Shown one piece after another: positions 1 to 9,510 of a DNA stretch of 64,000 nt. Every line of letters begins with the position of its first letter. Positions within the stretch are counted from its first letter, which is position 1. Position numbers and translations under genes: made by a program. Source of the stretch: Bryobacteraceae bacterium (GTDB taxonomy: Bacteria > Acidobacteriota > Terriglobia > Bryobacterales > Bryobacteraceae); the NCBI GenBank assembly GCA_036273015.1, contig DATAXN010000054.1, forward strand, positions 13,215 to 77,214, written 5' to 3'. The notes under the pieces are model-generated. The model was not told the origin of the DNA. It did not search any database and saw nothing but the letters and a program-made list of their open reading frames with translations.

Positions 1-73
1 TTTGCGCGCAACCACCGTTACCGCGCCGGAGATGTCATGCTCTTTGATGTGCCGTTCGATCGTTTCATGAAGT

Positions 74-1513
74 TCAGTGCGGGGCGACTGCTCCGTCCGG
101 CCTGCGCGCGATAGCAATAATCGAGGCCGGCTCCCAGGGCAGAGCGCTGTCGATCATCCGCCAGAGCCAAACCAATTGATCGAATAAGCGAAGGGCGAGG
201 CGTGAGATGGTCCGGGCTTTTCTTATCTGCCCGGTGAATCTCCAGGCGGGCATCGAAACGCGGTTGAACTTCAGGATGTCCTCTACTTCGAATCCCGTAT
301 CGTTCATCAACGTCCTGAGAGTCGCGGGGGTGTAGCGCCGGCGGTGGCCGATTTCCGCGTCGATCGTTCCATAAGCTTTGGGGTCGTTGGGAACCAGCAG
401 GATCAGCCGTCCGTTCGGTTCGAGCAGAGTAAGGATGGATCGCAGCGCGGCGGCATCGTGCTCGATGTGCTCCAGCACATTGAGGCAGATCACGGTATCC
501 ATTTGGCCTTCGAAGCGCCGGAAGTCTTCCGGATCGGCCACATCGAGCTTATGGACACAAACAGCGGGACGATGCCGGAAGATATTAGCGAGATGGTCGA
601 TGTAGTCTCTGTTGACATCGGTCGCCACATAGCGCTTTCGATGCCGTGACAAATGCCGGGTTATATTTCCCATCCCGGCTCCGATTTCCAACACGCGGCG
701 GCCGGAATAGGGCAGAATTGTTTCGGCCATCCAGCGATTGAACCGGGACGCAAACGACAAGGCGTCGAGGGTGGAATGTCCGGCATCCATGTAGAGCTTA
801 CTGGTGAATCGCGATCGCGCAATCGTCCACACAGCCGCAATGGCGTCCGCGAGACCGATCTTCTTGCCCTCCTCATACGTTCGTCCGTGATAGCTGATTG
901 GTGTTTCAAAGATACGCGCGTGACGCCGCGCAAACTTGACTGTCAGCTCGGGATCAATGGCGAAACGGTTGCTCTCGATCGGTATCGTTCGCACCAGGGA
1001 CGTGCGAAACGCTTTGTAGCAGGTTTCCACGTCGGTAAGGTTGAGGTCGGCGGCAAAGTTGCACAACGTGGTCAGGATGTGGTTCGCCAGCGAGTGCCAG
1101 TAATAGAGGACGCGCCGCTCTCGGGAAACCATGAAGCGTGAGCCGTAGACAACATCCGCTTCTCCGCTCAGCAGCGGGCCCAGGAGGCGCGGATATTCGC
1201 GCGGGTCATATTCCAGGTCGGCGTCCTGAATAATGCTGTATTGCCCGGTGGCAAACTGAATTGCAGTCCGGACCGCGGCGCCTTTGCCTTGATTCTTCTC
1301 ATGCCGGATCAGCCGTATGAGAACGTCAGGGTGAGAAGCGATAAACTCCTCGGCTGAAGCTGCTGAGTCGTCGGTGGAACAATCGTCCACCACGATGAGC
1401 TCGCGGTTGAGGCCATCCGGAAGCGGCGCGGAGATCACACGCGTCAGCAGTTCGTGAATGAACTCTTCTTCGTTGTAGAGAGGGATCAGGACCGAGAGCA
1501 GATCGGAATCCAT
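74..1513 (-). CDS. Fusion protein: N-terminal family-2 glycosyltransferase (GtrB/ArnC/DPM1-like) plus C-terminal class I SAM-dependent methyltransferase
   Basis: 479-aa ORF. GT2 signatures SVLIPLYNEE, VVDDCSTDDS, EKNQGKGAAVRTA, QDADLEYDP. C-terminal half has SAM motif I VLEIGAGMGN and VICLNVLEHIEHD. Confidence 0.85.
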   Translation of the reverse strand: MDSDLLSVLIPLYNEEEFIHELLTRVISAPLPDGLNRELIVVDDCSTDDSAASAEEFIASHPDVLIRLIRHEKNQGKGAAVRTAIQFATGQYSIIQDADLEYDPREYPRLLGPLLSGEADVVYGSRFMVSRERRVLYYWHSLANHILTTLCNFAADLNLTDVETCYKAFRTSLVRTIPIESNRFAIDPELTVKFARRHARIFETPISYHGRTYEEGKKIGLADAIAAVWTIARSRFTSKLYMDAGHSTLDALSFASRFNRWMAETILPYSGRRVLEIGAGMGNITRHLSRHRKRYVATDVNRDYIDHLANIFRHRPAVCVHKLDVADPEDFRRFEGQMDTVICLNVLEHIEHDAAALRSILTLLEPNGRLILLVPNDPKAYGTIDAEIGHRRRYTPATLRTLMNDTGFEVEDILKFNRVSMPAWRFTGQIRKARTISRLALRLFDQLVWLWRMIDSALPWEPASIIAIARRPDGAVAPH

Positions 1514-1517
1514 GCGA

Positions 1518-2165
1518 TCAGATCCAGCCCCGCATCGCGTAGTACGCGTATTTGGCCAACGAGACGCCGACTTCCCAGATGCAGTCCCAACGGTTCACCC
1601 AGCCGCTCCAGCGCTTTCCAATATCCGGAATAGGAACCGGCACGGTTTGGAGTCCGACTTTCGCGAAGGTGGCATGAGCACGTCGCATATGAATATCGCT
1701 CGAGAGCAGAACTTTACGGCCGGCCCATCCGCCGATCAACCGCTCTGTAAAGAGGGCATTCTCGCGCGTGGACCTGCTTTGTTCTTCGGTCGTAATATCT
1801 TCACGGGGAATCCCCAGTCCGACCATGAAATCCGCCATCGATCGCGCAATCGAGACAGAGCCCTTATCGGCCATATGGCCGCCGGTGACGACGATCCTCT
1901 GAAAACCACCGGGACGAAATGCCCGTACCGCATAGACGCTGCGCCAGTAGGACTCGATTCCCAAAGTGCCGTCGCCAAGCTGGTCGCCGCCCAGCACGAT
2001 CAGAATGTCTCCTTTCGGATCCTGCCAGTCGCCGGTGAGCCATTGGGTCAGTCGGGGCACGATGGGCGTGATGTAAAGCACAAGCAGCAGGAGGACGAAG
2101 CAGGCTGCCGCCGTCGAAAAGATTCGCCACAGGCGCGAAAGGAGGTGAGAAAATCCGGAACGCAA
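1518..2165 (-). CDS. DUF218 / YdcF (ElyC-like) family protein
   Basis: ORF 1518..2309. Core ILIVLGGDQ, RIVVTGG, STRENA is typical of YdcF/DUF218, behind one TM helix. Start placed at TTG 2165, one nt after the upstream gene's stop; ATG 2309 would overlap that gene by 143 nt. Start uncertain. Confidence 0.7.
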   Translation of the reverse strand: MRSGFSHLLSRLWRIFSTAAACFVLLLLVLYITPIVPRLTQWLTGDWQDPKGDILIVLGGDQLGDGTLGIESYWRSVYAVRAFRPGGFQRIVVTGGHMADKGSVSIARSMADFMVGLGIPREDITTEEQSRSTRENALFTERLIGGWAGRKVLLSSDIHMRRAHATFAKVGLQTVPVPIPDIGKRWSGWVNRWDCIWEVGVSLAKYAYYAMRGWI

Positions 2166-2166
2166 G

Positions 2167-2598
2167 TTACCGGGATGCCCCTTGCTTGTCGGCGGGCTTG
2201 TCCGTCGATTTATCCGGCTGCTTATCGGCAGGCTGTTTGTCGACATTCGGGGTGGGCACGTTCGCCACGCGGACGGCCAGCATATTGAGGCGCGCATCGC
2301 GCGACGCATCCACTGTCACGTTGTCGCCGGCATGGAAGTCGGAGGCCTTCGCGGCCTTGTCGTCACGGAAGAATTTCGTGGAGCCGGTGATATACATCCG
2401 CATCGTGTTGCCGTCTTCCAGGTCGATGAAAAGAGACTTCTTGTCCGCCGACTTGAACGTCCCGGTGAACGTTGCGACGGCGTCCGTATTCGCGCCCTGC
2501 ACATTCGGTGTCTGCTGCTGGCGCTGCACCCTCCCCGGATACGGGTATTGAAACAGCAAAAGAGTTACAATCGCCAGCCCATTGATCAGCACGAACAA
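2167..2598 (-). CDS. Hypothetical membrane-anchored protein with Lys/Pro/Asp-rich tail
   Basis: 143-aa ORF with TTG start just after AGGAG. N-terminal hydrophobic helix. C-terminal low-complexity DKQPADKQPDKSTDKPADKQ. No family recognised. Confidence 0.5.
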   Translation of the reverse strand: MFVLINGLAIVTLLLFQYPYPGRVQRQQQTPNVQGANTDAVATFTGTFKSADKKSLFIDLEDGNTMRMYITGSTKFFRDDKAAKASDFHAGDNVTVDASRDARLNMLAVRVANVPTPNVDKQPADKQPDKSTDKPADKQGASR

Positions 2599-2655
2599 CT
2601 CTCCTGGCGGTATTTTACCGCGCCTTATAAAGTTGCCGCCTCGAAGTGCCGATCA

Positions 2656-2871
2656 ATGACCATGGATTGCCCTAAATGCAGATCCTCATTGCTGATGGTC
2701 CGGCAGAATACTGGCGTTGAGCGTTTGCGCAGCTTTCTAACAGGCCTGCGGCAATACCGGTGCCGGGATTGCGACCATAAATTCCGCGCCGCGGACCGGC
2801 GCCTCCTGCCACGCGGCATGCCGGGCAAAGCCGTGCTTCGCAGTGACTTACCGCATCGACGCGTGACCTGA
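2656..2871 (+). CDS. Small zinc-ribbon protein (CPxC ... CxxC)
   Basis: In-frame ATG at 2656 inside ORF 2182..2871 gives the 71-aa MTMDCPKCRSS...YRCRDCDHKF, with two Cys pairs. Lies in the gap between divergent genes. No strong SD seen. Confidence 0.4.
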   Translation: MTMDCPKCRSSLLMVRQNTGVERLRSFLTGLRQYRCRDCDHKFRAADRRLLPRGMPGKAVLRSDLPHRRVT

Positions 2872-2902
2872 GCTGCCTCCCGGTGGCGTACTCTGAGAAT
2901 TC

Positions 2903-4039
2903 ATGCAGACGGTGCTGCTGATTCTCGGAACACGCCCCGAAGCCATCAAACTGGCGCCACTCATCCTCCATCTGCAATCACGGCCCGAGGAGTTCCGCAC
3001 GGTCGTCTGCGCCACCGCACAGCATCGCGAAATGCTCGATGATGTTCTGCGGATATTCCGTATCCGGCCGGACTACGACTTGGATCTCATGGTGCCGGGG
3101 CAGACCCTCTTTCAATCGACATCCCGGATTATCGCCGGTCTGGAGCCCATTTTCGACTCCGTACAGCCGCACATCGCGGTTGTCCAAGGCGACACCACAA
3201 CCACCTTCTGCGGAGCGCTCGCGGGGTTCTATAAGGATGTACCGGTCGCTCACGTGGAGGCGGGGCTGCGCAGCGGAGATCTCCGCCAGCCCTTTCCGGA
3301 AGAAATGAATCGCGCGCTGGCATCGCGCCTGACAACACTGCACTTTCCCCCGACCGAAACCGCTGCCGAAAATCTGCGCAGTGAAGGTGTTCCCTCGTCC
3401 TCCATTCTGGTCACAGGCAACACCGGCATCGATGCCCTGCTCCACGTGCGCGATGAGCTCGAGGGCGGGGCGCTGACGGCGACAGGTGGCCCGGTTCTCG
3501 ATGCCACAAAAAAGACTATCGTGGTTACCGCGCACCGGCGCGAGAGTTTCGGCCCCGGGTTCGATCGCATTTGCGCTGCTTTGGCCCGTCTCGCCCAACG
3601 CGATGACGTGAGGATTATCTATCCTGTCCATCCCAATCCGAATGTCTTGGGGGCCGTGAATCGCCATCTCCAGGCGTGTTCCCGTGTCACGCTCCTCGAA
3701 CCGCTGGATTACGTGTCTTTCGTGGATCTCATGCGCCGTGCGTACCTGCTGATTACCGATTCGGGGGGTATTCAGGAAGAAGGCCCTTCTCTCGGAAAAC
3801 CGGTTCTCGTTTTGCGCGAGAAAACGGAGCGTCCGGAAGCGGTGAGGGCGGGCACCGTGCGTCTGGTGGGTACGGACGAAGATGCCATCGTGCGCGAGAC
3901 GTCACTTCTGCTCGATGACCCTGCGGCTTATGAGGCTATGGCCCGGCGCCACAATCCTTATGGAGATGGCCATGCCAGCCGTCGGATCGCCGACGCGTTT
4001 CGTGAATTCGAGGCCAGAGCATTTTCACAGAAGGTATAG
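2903..4039 (+). CDS. wecB: UDP-N-acetylglucosamine 2-epimerase (non-hydrolysing)
   Basis: 378 aa. N-terminus LLILGTRPEAIKLAP, DSGGIQEE and HNPYGDGHAS are the typical WecB/MnaA signatures. Confidence 0.9.
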   Translation: MQTVLLILGTRPEAIKLAPLILHLQSRPEEFRTVVCATAQHREMLDDVLRIFRIRPDYDLDLMVPGQTLFQSTSRIIAGLEPIFDSVQPHIAVVQGDTTTTFCGALAGFYKDVPVAHVEAGLRSGDLRQPFPEEMNRALASRLTTLHFPPTETAAENLRSEGVPSSSILVTGNTGIDALLHVRDELEGGALTATGGPVLDATKKTIVVTAHRRESFGPGFDRICAALARLAQRDDVRIIYPVHPNPNVLGAVNRHLQACSRVTLLEPLDYVSFVDLMRRAYLLITDSGGIQEEGPSLGKPVLVLREKTERPEAVRAGTVRLVGTDEDAIVRETSLLLDDPAAYEAMARRHNPYGDGHASRRIADAFREFEARAFSQKV

Positions 4040-4107
4040 GCTCACTGCGTCAAGGTGGGTTGTCAGAAATGCAGCAGGACTACCGACCCAGCGCCGCAAC
4101 TAAATCA

Positions 4108-4126
4108 CCGGCGACAAGATCGCCGG
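4108..4126. terminator. Hairpin between convergent wecB and alr (possible bidirectional terminator)
   Basis: CCGGCGA-caaga-TCGCCGG: perfect 7-bp stem, 5-nt loop, weak T-rich flank. Confidence 0.35.
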
Positions 4127-4171
4127 CGGTACAAATTCTTCGCGGCGGCAAAGGAATCAAATCTAAATTCT

Positions 4172-5284
4172 CTAATCGATGTAGAACCGCTTGACCCGGC
4201 TGCCGATCCCGCACAGGACGTTATAGGAAATTGTCCCTGCGGTGCGCGCAATCTCCTGCGCATCGAGCACGGCGTCGCCTTCGCTGCCCAGCAGCGTGAC
4301 TTCATCGCCTGTCTCCATGCCGGGTGAGTTCGTGATGTCGATTGTCGTCAGGTCCATCGACACGGTGCCGACGATGGGAGCGAAGCGCCCGCCGGCAATC
4401 ACTTTGCCTTTGTTCGACAGCCGATGCGGAACGCCGTCCGCATAACCTGCCGACAGCACGGCCAGACGCAGGGGCGACGGAGCGGTGAACGACCCGCCGT
4501 AGCCGATCTTCGCTCCCGCCGGCACGTTTTTCACACTAATGATCCGGGTTCGCCATGAGAGCGCGGGCTTCACGGAAAGAACCGGCGGGGGCGCCTTGCC
4601 GCGCGCGGGGGAAACGTATCCGTAGATTGCATGACCTGGGCGCACCAGCGACAACCAGGCATCCCGGCGCGGATAGGCTATCGCGTTAGTGCTTGCAAAA
4701 TGCATCAGCGTGGGACGCACGCCGAGGCTCGCCAGTTCCTGCCAGATCGCATTGAATGCCCGAATCTGTTCGTCGGTCTGAGCGGATGAGAAATCGGCTG
4801 CCGAAGCAAAGTGCGACAACAATCCTTCGACCCGCGCACTGCGCAAAGCCAGAATCGCCTCCGCAATGTCACGCGCCGCGCGGCGGGTGCCCAGACGATT
4901 CATTCCGGTGTCGATCTTGAGGTGCACATCGAGCGGACCTCCTTCATCGAAGCGACGCAGATCGTCCAGCGAGTGGACGACAGGCGTCAGCCGGAATTCG
5001 CGCATCGCCTCGTGCTCCCAGCGCATGACGCCGGCCATGACGAGAATCCGGCAGTTGATCCCCGCCCGGCGCAACACGATGCCTTCCTCGACGGAACTGA
5101 CGGCCAGCCATTCGGCGCCCTCGGCGACCAGGACGCTCGCTACTTCGACGGCTCCATGTCCATATGCGTTGGCTTTGACAACACCGATAATCCGCGAGCC
5201 GGGACCGATGGCATCACGCACGGCGCGATAATTCGAGGCAATCCGAAAGCGTGAGATTTCGACATAACAGCGGGAGGCCTGCAC
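4172..5284 (-). CDS. alr: Alanine racemase
   Basis: 370 aa. PLP-lysine motif VVKANAYGHG and C-terminal SMDLTTIDIT / ISYNVLC are typical of Alr. Confidence 0.9.
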   Translation of the reverse strand: MQASRCYVEISRFRIASNYRAVRDAIGPGSRIIGVVKANAYGHGAVEVASVLVAEGAEWLAVSSVEEGIVLRRAGINCRILVMAGVMRWEHEAMREFRLTPVVHSLDDLRRFDEGGPLDVHLKIDTGMNRLGTRRAARDIAEAILALRSARVEGLLSHFASAADFSSAQTDEQIRAFNAIWQELASLGVRPTLMHFASTNAIAYPRRDAWLSLVRPGHAIYGYVSPARGKAPPPVLSVKPALSWRTRIISVKNVPAGAKIGYGGSFTAPSPLRLAVLSAGYADGVPHRLSNKGKVIAGGRFAPIVGTVSMDLTTIDITNSPGMETGDEVTLLGSEGDAVLDAQEIARTAGTISYNVLCGIGSRVKRFYID

Positions 5285-5322
5285 GGTTGACTCTGGCTTT
5301 ATTGACTCTGACTTTGTTGACT

Positions 5323-6420
5323 CTATCTTCGCAGCCCATGCTTACCCAAATCGACCAGCAGCTTTTCGTACTGAGTGGTCACCGCGTTCCAGTCATATTG
5401 TTCGCGCGCCCGCGCGGATGCCCTCGCGCGCAAGCTCTCGCTTTCCGAATCACTCATTCCCAGCACTTCGGCGATGCGCGCGATCAGACCGGCATCATCC
5501 CGAAAGGGCAGACCGGCATCGCCGCAGACCTCCGCATTCTCCGGCGTCTCGAAATAGAGAACCAGATTGCCCCGGCCCATCGCTTCAATCAGGGCAGGAT
5601 GCGTGCCGCCAACTTCGGTGGCGTGAATATAAGCGAAACACCACGAACCGAGTTCCCGATAGCCCAACCCGTAGATCGCACCCGGGATCACGATGCGGCC
5701 GTCTTTCGTATCGCGGACACGCTCTATGTAATCCTTCGCATGGGGCGCGTCGCCGATGAGAGCGAGTTTCATGGTGGTCGCAGCCTGCTCGAAAGCCCTC
5801 CGAACTTCGAGCGCGCGATTTTCCGGCTCCATGCGGCTCACGTAGAGAAAGTAACGATGAGGTTCCAGACCCAATGCGGAGAGAGCGCCCCGAGTCTCCA
5901 CTCGCCCGAGATCGGCGCCGTAGGGGATGAAAAGCGAGTCCTTGTTGTACTTCTTCCGGTAGTATTCGCGAATCGCCTCGGCATCGGTGACAAACCGGTT
6001 CGGCAGGATGGTCGAAAGGTATTCGGAGATCCGATACCACGCCCTTGCGGCGGCGTTCCATTTGCGGCGCTTCCGCTCGATGCCATCCACATTCAGCGCG
6101 ACAGGTATTCCGACGAGGCGCGGCAGAATCGTAAAAATGGCATTGGCGGCGTTACAGTAGAGCGCCACGTCGACGCGATGCGCAAGCAAATGGAGAGTCG
6201 AGAGGAATGTGTGCGCCAGGGTGTCGAAGTACTTGTGAACGATCGTGGGCAGGTAAATGAGATGGACGCCGCGATATTCGGCGGAAGAATGCCGCTCCCG
6301 GCAATAGACGGTTACGGAATGTCCGCGAAGCGCGAGCCGGGTGGAGAGTTCTTCCGCGAACGTCTCGAATCCACCGTACCGGGCCGGAATTCCGCGCGTT
6401 CCCAGAATCGCAATGCGCAC
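5323..6420 (-). CDS. Family-4 (GT-B) glycosyltransferase with DUF1972-type N-terminus
   Basis: 365 aa. MRIAILGTRGIPARYGGFETFAEEL (DUF1972-like) and C-terminal EVGGTHPALIEAMGRG (E-x7-E region). Confidence 0.85.
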   Translation of the reverse strand: MRIAILGTRGIPARYGGFETFAEELSTRLALRGHSVTVYCRERHSSAEYRGVHLIYLPTIVHKYFDTLAHTFLSTLHLLAHRVDVALYCNAANAIFTILPRLVGIPVALNVDGIERKRRKWNAAARAWYRISEYLSTILPNRFVTDAEAIREYYRKKYNKDSLFIPYGADLGRVETRGALSALGLEPHRYFLYVSRMEPENRALEVRRAFEQAATTMKLALIGDAPHAKDYIERVRDTKDGRIVIPGAIYGLGYRELGSWCFAYIHATEVGGTHPALIEAMGRGNLVLYFETPENAEVCGDAGLPFRDDAGLIARIAEVLGMSDSESESLRARASARAREQYDWNAVTTQYEKLLVDLGKHGLRR

Positions 6421-6421
6421 G

Positions 6422-7480
6422 TCAGATTCGCTGGCGGCGAGTCGTCTTCGAGCGGGTCAGGGAAGCGGCAAATTTCTTCGGGGCAGGCTTGCTTACGGGT
6501 TTAAAGGCGAACCAACTCGCCATGTAGGCGTCATCCACGCGCTGCCGCATCATGATTTCGCGGCGCTTGGCCACGACGCTCTTCCAGTTCCGGAAGAGAA
6601 AAGGGAATGCTTTGAGCGAAGTCTGCTCGCGGAGCAGGCAACAGGCGACAACGATAACATCGCGCGCGGTGATTGAAAAGAAATTGCGGCGGTAGACGTC
6701 CCAGGTGATGTTCTTGATGCGCAACAGGAACCGGTTCTTCACTGAGTGCATGTTGATTTCGGCCGGGAGGGCCCGCCGGTTGCCGGGCAGCGCCTTGCGC
6801 ACGTGATAGCCGCGCGCGTACGGAACATAGAGGCATTTCCATCCGAGCAACTGCGCGCGCCACGCCACATCGGCATCCTCGCGATAAACGAAGAAATCCG
6901 CGTCAAAGAATTCGCCGCCGATCGAGATATCGTCGATCATCTCGCGACGATAAAGCGCCGCCGCCGCTGTAGCGCCGAATACGTACTCGTAGCTGCGGAA
7001 GTGGCCGTTATCGATCTGGAGACTTCCCCGATCGAGATGCCGCAGGTTGGGAGTGAAGTAGATGCCTGTGGAATCGACCAGCGGCCTCTCGGGGAAATCG
7101 AAGGTCGAACTCATGGTCAGGAGCTTCCCGCAGACCGTGCCCACCCGCGGATCGAGATTGCCCGCATTGACCAAAGCTTCCATGAATCCCTGCAGCAGCA
7201 GAACATCCGGATTCAGCGTCAGAATCCATTCGGCTTCGGAAAGGGCGATCGCCTGGTTCTGGGCCGCGGCAAAACCGATGTTTTCCTCGTTATAGACGAT
7301 CCGGCAACGGTCTTCGAAAGGCTCCAGGATATCGATGGTGCCATCGGTGGAGTTGTTATCGATAACGATAATTTCCCTGAACGGATAGCTCTGATCCAGA
7401 ACGGATTCGAGGCACCTCTTAATGAAGCGTCCGCTGTTATAGGTGATGATGGTTACCGAAACGAAATCGCTGCGGGACAT
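6422..7480 (-). CDS. Family-2 glycosyltransferase (rhamnosyltransferase-like)
   Basis: 352 aa. VSVTIITYNSGRFI, IIVIDNNSTDGT, GFAAAQNQA, NPDVLL, YREDADVAWRA. Confidence 0.85.
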   Translation of the reverse strand: MSRSDFVSVTIITYNSGRFIKRCLESVLDQSYPFREIIVIDNNSTDGTIDILEPFEDRCRIVYNEENIGFAAAQNQAIALSEAEWILTLNPDVLLLQGFMEALVNAGNLDPRVGTVCGKLLTMSSTFDFPERPLVDSTGIYFTPNLRHLDRGSLQIDNGHFRSYEYVFGATAAAALYRREMIDDISIGGEFFDADFFVYREDADVAWRAQLLGWKCLYVPYARGYHVRKALPGNRRALPAEINMHSVKNRFLLRIKNITWDVYRRNFFSITARDVIVVACCLLREQTSLKAFPFLFRNWKSVVAKRREIMMRQRVDDAYMASWFAFKPVSKPAPKKFAASLTRSKTTRRQRI

Positions 7481-7525
7481 GTACGCGCGAGCCTGGCTCC
7501 ACTCTTCAGATTTAGTGCTGCTATA

Positions 7526-8476
7526 TCAGACAACTCTCACCCGAGTGTTCCTCCGAGCCAGGAGCCCGGCCAGGGCAAGGCTTACAATACCGCCGTATAC
7601 CGCAAAAACCTGAAACCCGTTGCGCGGAAATCCCCTGACCGCGCGACCAACGGCACCCAATGCTACTGCCGCGCAAATCGTTCGAAATGCGGTCGAACGA
7701 TGGTGTTTCGCGGCATATCTAAGAAGACTACCATACCAATATCGTTGGCGATTTTCCATATTCAAACCGTTAATTGCGTGCGATCCCGAATGTTTGGCAA
7801 TAGCCGCAGGGTGCCAATAAATACAATAACCGGCTGACTTGACACGAGCGCAGAAATCGACGTCCTCAAACCAGATCGGCTGGAATTGCTCGTCCCAACC
7901 GCCCACCTTTTCCCATACCGTGCGCGAGAACATCAGGAACGCGCCAGCCGGCTGCTCCACCAGCGCCGGAGTTATGAGGTCCAGTCCCAAGCAACGGTAG
8001 TGCCAATTTGCCGGATTACCTGGCCAGAGCCGATTAATGCCCAGTACTTCAAGTACCAGTGCCGCGGGAGTGGGCAGATTCCGGGCCATGAAGCCCACTT
8101 GCGGCTTGCCGTCTTCCCCGACCAGCGCTCCACCAACAGCTCCGGTTCCCGGCTTTTCCATGTACGCGCACATCGCTTCCAGCCCGTATACCAGGTGCGC
8201 GTCCGGATTGAGGGAAAGTACCAGTGGAGCGGTTGTTGCACGCACTCCCTGATTCAGCGCGGCGGCGAAACCGGCATTATCCGAATTGGCAATCAAGCCG
8301 ACGTTACTCGCCCGTGAGACTCGCGCCGACACCTCTTCGCGGGTGTTGTCCGACGAGGCATTGTCGATTACGAGAATTTCAGCGTCTCCCTCGGGTAACT
8401 TCAGGAGCGCTTCCAGGCATCCACCGATCTCAGCAGCCGAATTGTAAGTGACGATGACAATCGCGACACGTGCCAT
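7526..8476 (-). CDS. Family-2 glycosyltransferase
   Basis: 316 aa. VAIVIVTYNSAAEI, ILVIDNASSDNT, GFAAALNQG, NPDAHL, FEDVDFCARV. Confidence 0.85.
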   Translation of the reverse strand: MARVAIVIVTYNSAAEIGGCLEALLKLPEGDAEILVIDNASSDNTREEVSARVSRASNVGLIANSDNAGFAAALNQGVRATTAPLVLSLNPDAHLVYGLEAMCAYMEKPGTGAVGGALVGEDGKPQVGFMARNLPTPAALVLEVLGINRLWPGNPANWHYRCLGLDLITPALVEQPAGAFLMFSRTVWEKVGGWDEQFQPIWFEDVDFCARVKSAGYCIYWHPAAIAKHSGSHAINGLNMENRQRYWYGSLLRYAAKHHRSTAFRTICAAVALGAVGRAVRGFPRNGFQVFAVYGGIVSLALAGLLARRNTRVRVV

Positions 8477-8479
8477 GTG

Positions 8480-9493
8480 TCAATGCGCCGCAGCGTTCAT
8501 GGATGAGGGGCCGGCTGATGCCACCAATCTGAAGTACCAGCGCCAGTAAGGGCCGGTGGCTCTGCGCCGGATTTCGCTTTCGGACGCCATCAGAAATTCT
8601 CGCAGCTTTGCCGAAGATTGTGGCGAATGCCTTGCCTCCAGACGGAAGTCCCGCAGCCCTTCGAGCTTTCCGGCCATCCACGCCAAAGGTCTTCCGTGGC
8701 GCAGCGCGACGAGTCCCCACAGCAACTGCCCGGCCACGATGGGCCAGAAGCAGGAGAAAAACAGAGCCCGGTCATAATGGCGGGAAATCAGCAGCAACTG
8801 ATTTCGCGAGATGAGCCGCACCACCTGAGGATTCCAGCGGCCGAGCGTCGCGCTGCCGCGATGGTAAGCGACGGCATCCGGGATATAGACGCCTGCGAGG
8901 CCTTCCCGTATGCAACGCAGGCCGAGGTCGACATCTTCGAGATAAGAGTGGTAACGCTCATCAAATCCGCCGAGCCGGTCGAGGACATCGCGGCGAAAGA
9001 GGCAGGCTGTTCCCGGGGCGATTGCGATGGATGCCGGCGGGGTCTCAGTCGTCGGCTTTGCCTGTTCGGACAGCTCTCCCTGTCCGGCTCGCCAGGCACA
9101 TGCAGCACGGCTTACAAGATCGTAGGTGCCATCGATCGCGCTCCGATTGGCGGCGTCCAGAATCATCCCCGATGCATAGCCGAAGGCGCCCATGCCGGCG
9201 CTTATGCGTTCCAGCCAACGGCTGTCCAGTTCGACGTCGCTGTTCAGGATTGCGACAGATTCCGTCGAGGCCGCTTTCCAGCCCCGGTTTACGGCGCGCG
9301 CAAAGCCGGCATTCTCTCCCATATCGATGACACGGCACCTGCGACGGCGCGCGAGATCCGGTGCGCCATCGGTCGAGCGATTGTCGACCACCACAACTTC
9401 CGCGAACGGAACCGTCTGCTGCTCGATGGTGTCGAGCAGACGCTCCAGCAGATCGGCGCGATTATGAACGGGAATTACCGCCGTGGCGAACAC
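8480..9493 (-). CDS. Family-2 glycosyltransferase
   Basis: 337 aa. AVIPVHNRADLL, VVVVDNRSTDG, GFARAVNRG, NSDVEL, YLEDVDLGLRC. Confidence 0.85.
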   Translation of the reverse strand: MFATAVIPVHNRADLLERLLDTIEQQTVPFAEVVVVDNRSTDGAPDLARRRRCRVIDMGENAGFARAVNRGWKAASTESVAILNSDVELDSRWLERISAGMGAFGYASGMILDAANRSAIDGTYDLVSRAACAWRAGQGELSEQAKPTTETPPASIAIAPGTACLFRRDVLDRLGGFDERYHSYLEDVDLGLRCIREGLAGVYIPDAVAYHRGSATLGRWNPQVVRLISRNQLLLISRHYDRALFFSCFWPIVAGQLLWGLVALRHGRPLAWMAGKLEGLRDFRLEARHSPQSSAKLREFLMASESEIRRRATGPYWRWYFRLVASAGPSSMNAAAH

Positions 9494-9510
9494 AGTACAC
9501 TGTGATTGTA

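Noticed and set aside
1-117. Possible 5' end of a minus-strand gene running off the left edge (…ELHETIERHIKEHDISGAVTVVARK, reminiscent of a serine-hydrolase/beta-lactamase-like N-terminus)
   Set aside because: Only about 25 codons are visible. There is no ATG/GTG start after the upstream stop; only a TTG at 117 that would overlap the preceding gene. This is too little sequence to support a call.
5251-7837. 417-aa (5251..6504) and 363-aa (6746..7837) plus-strand ORFs
   Set aside because: They are antisense to GT4 and GT2 genes that carry clear catalytic motifs. The ORFs themselves have no motifs and an Arg-rich composition.
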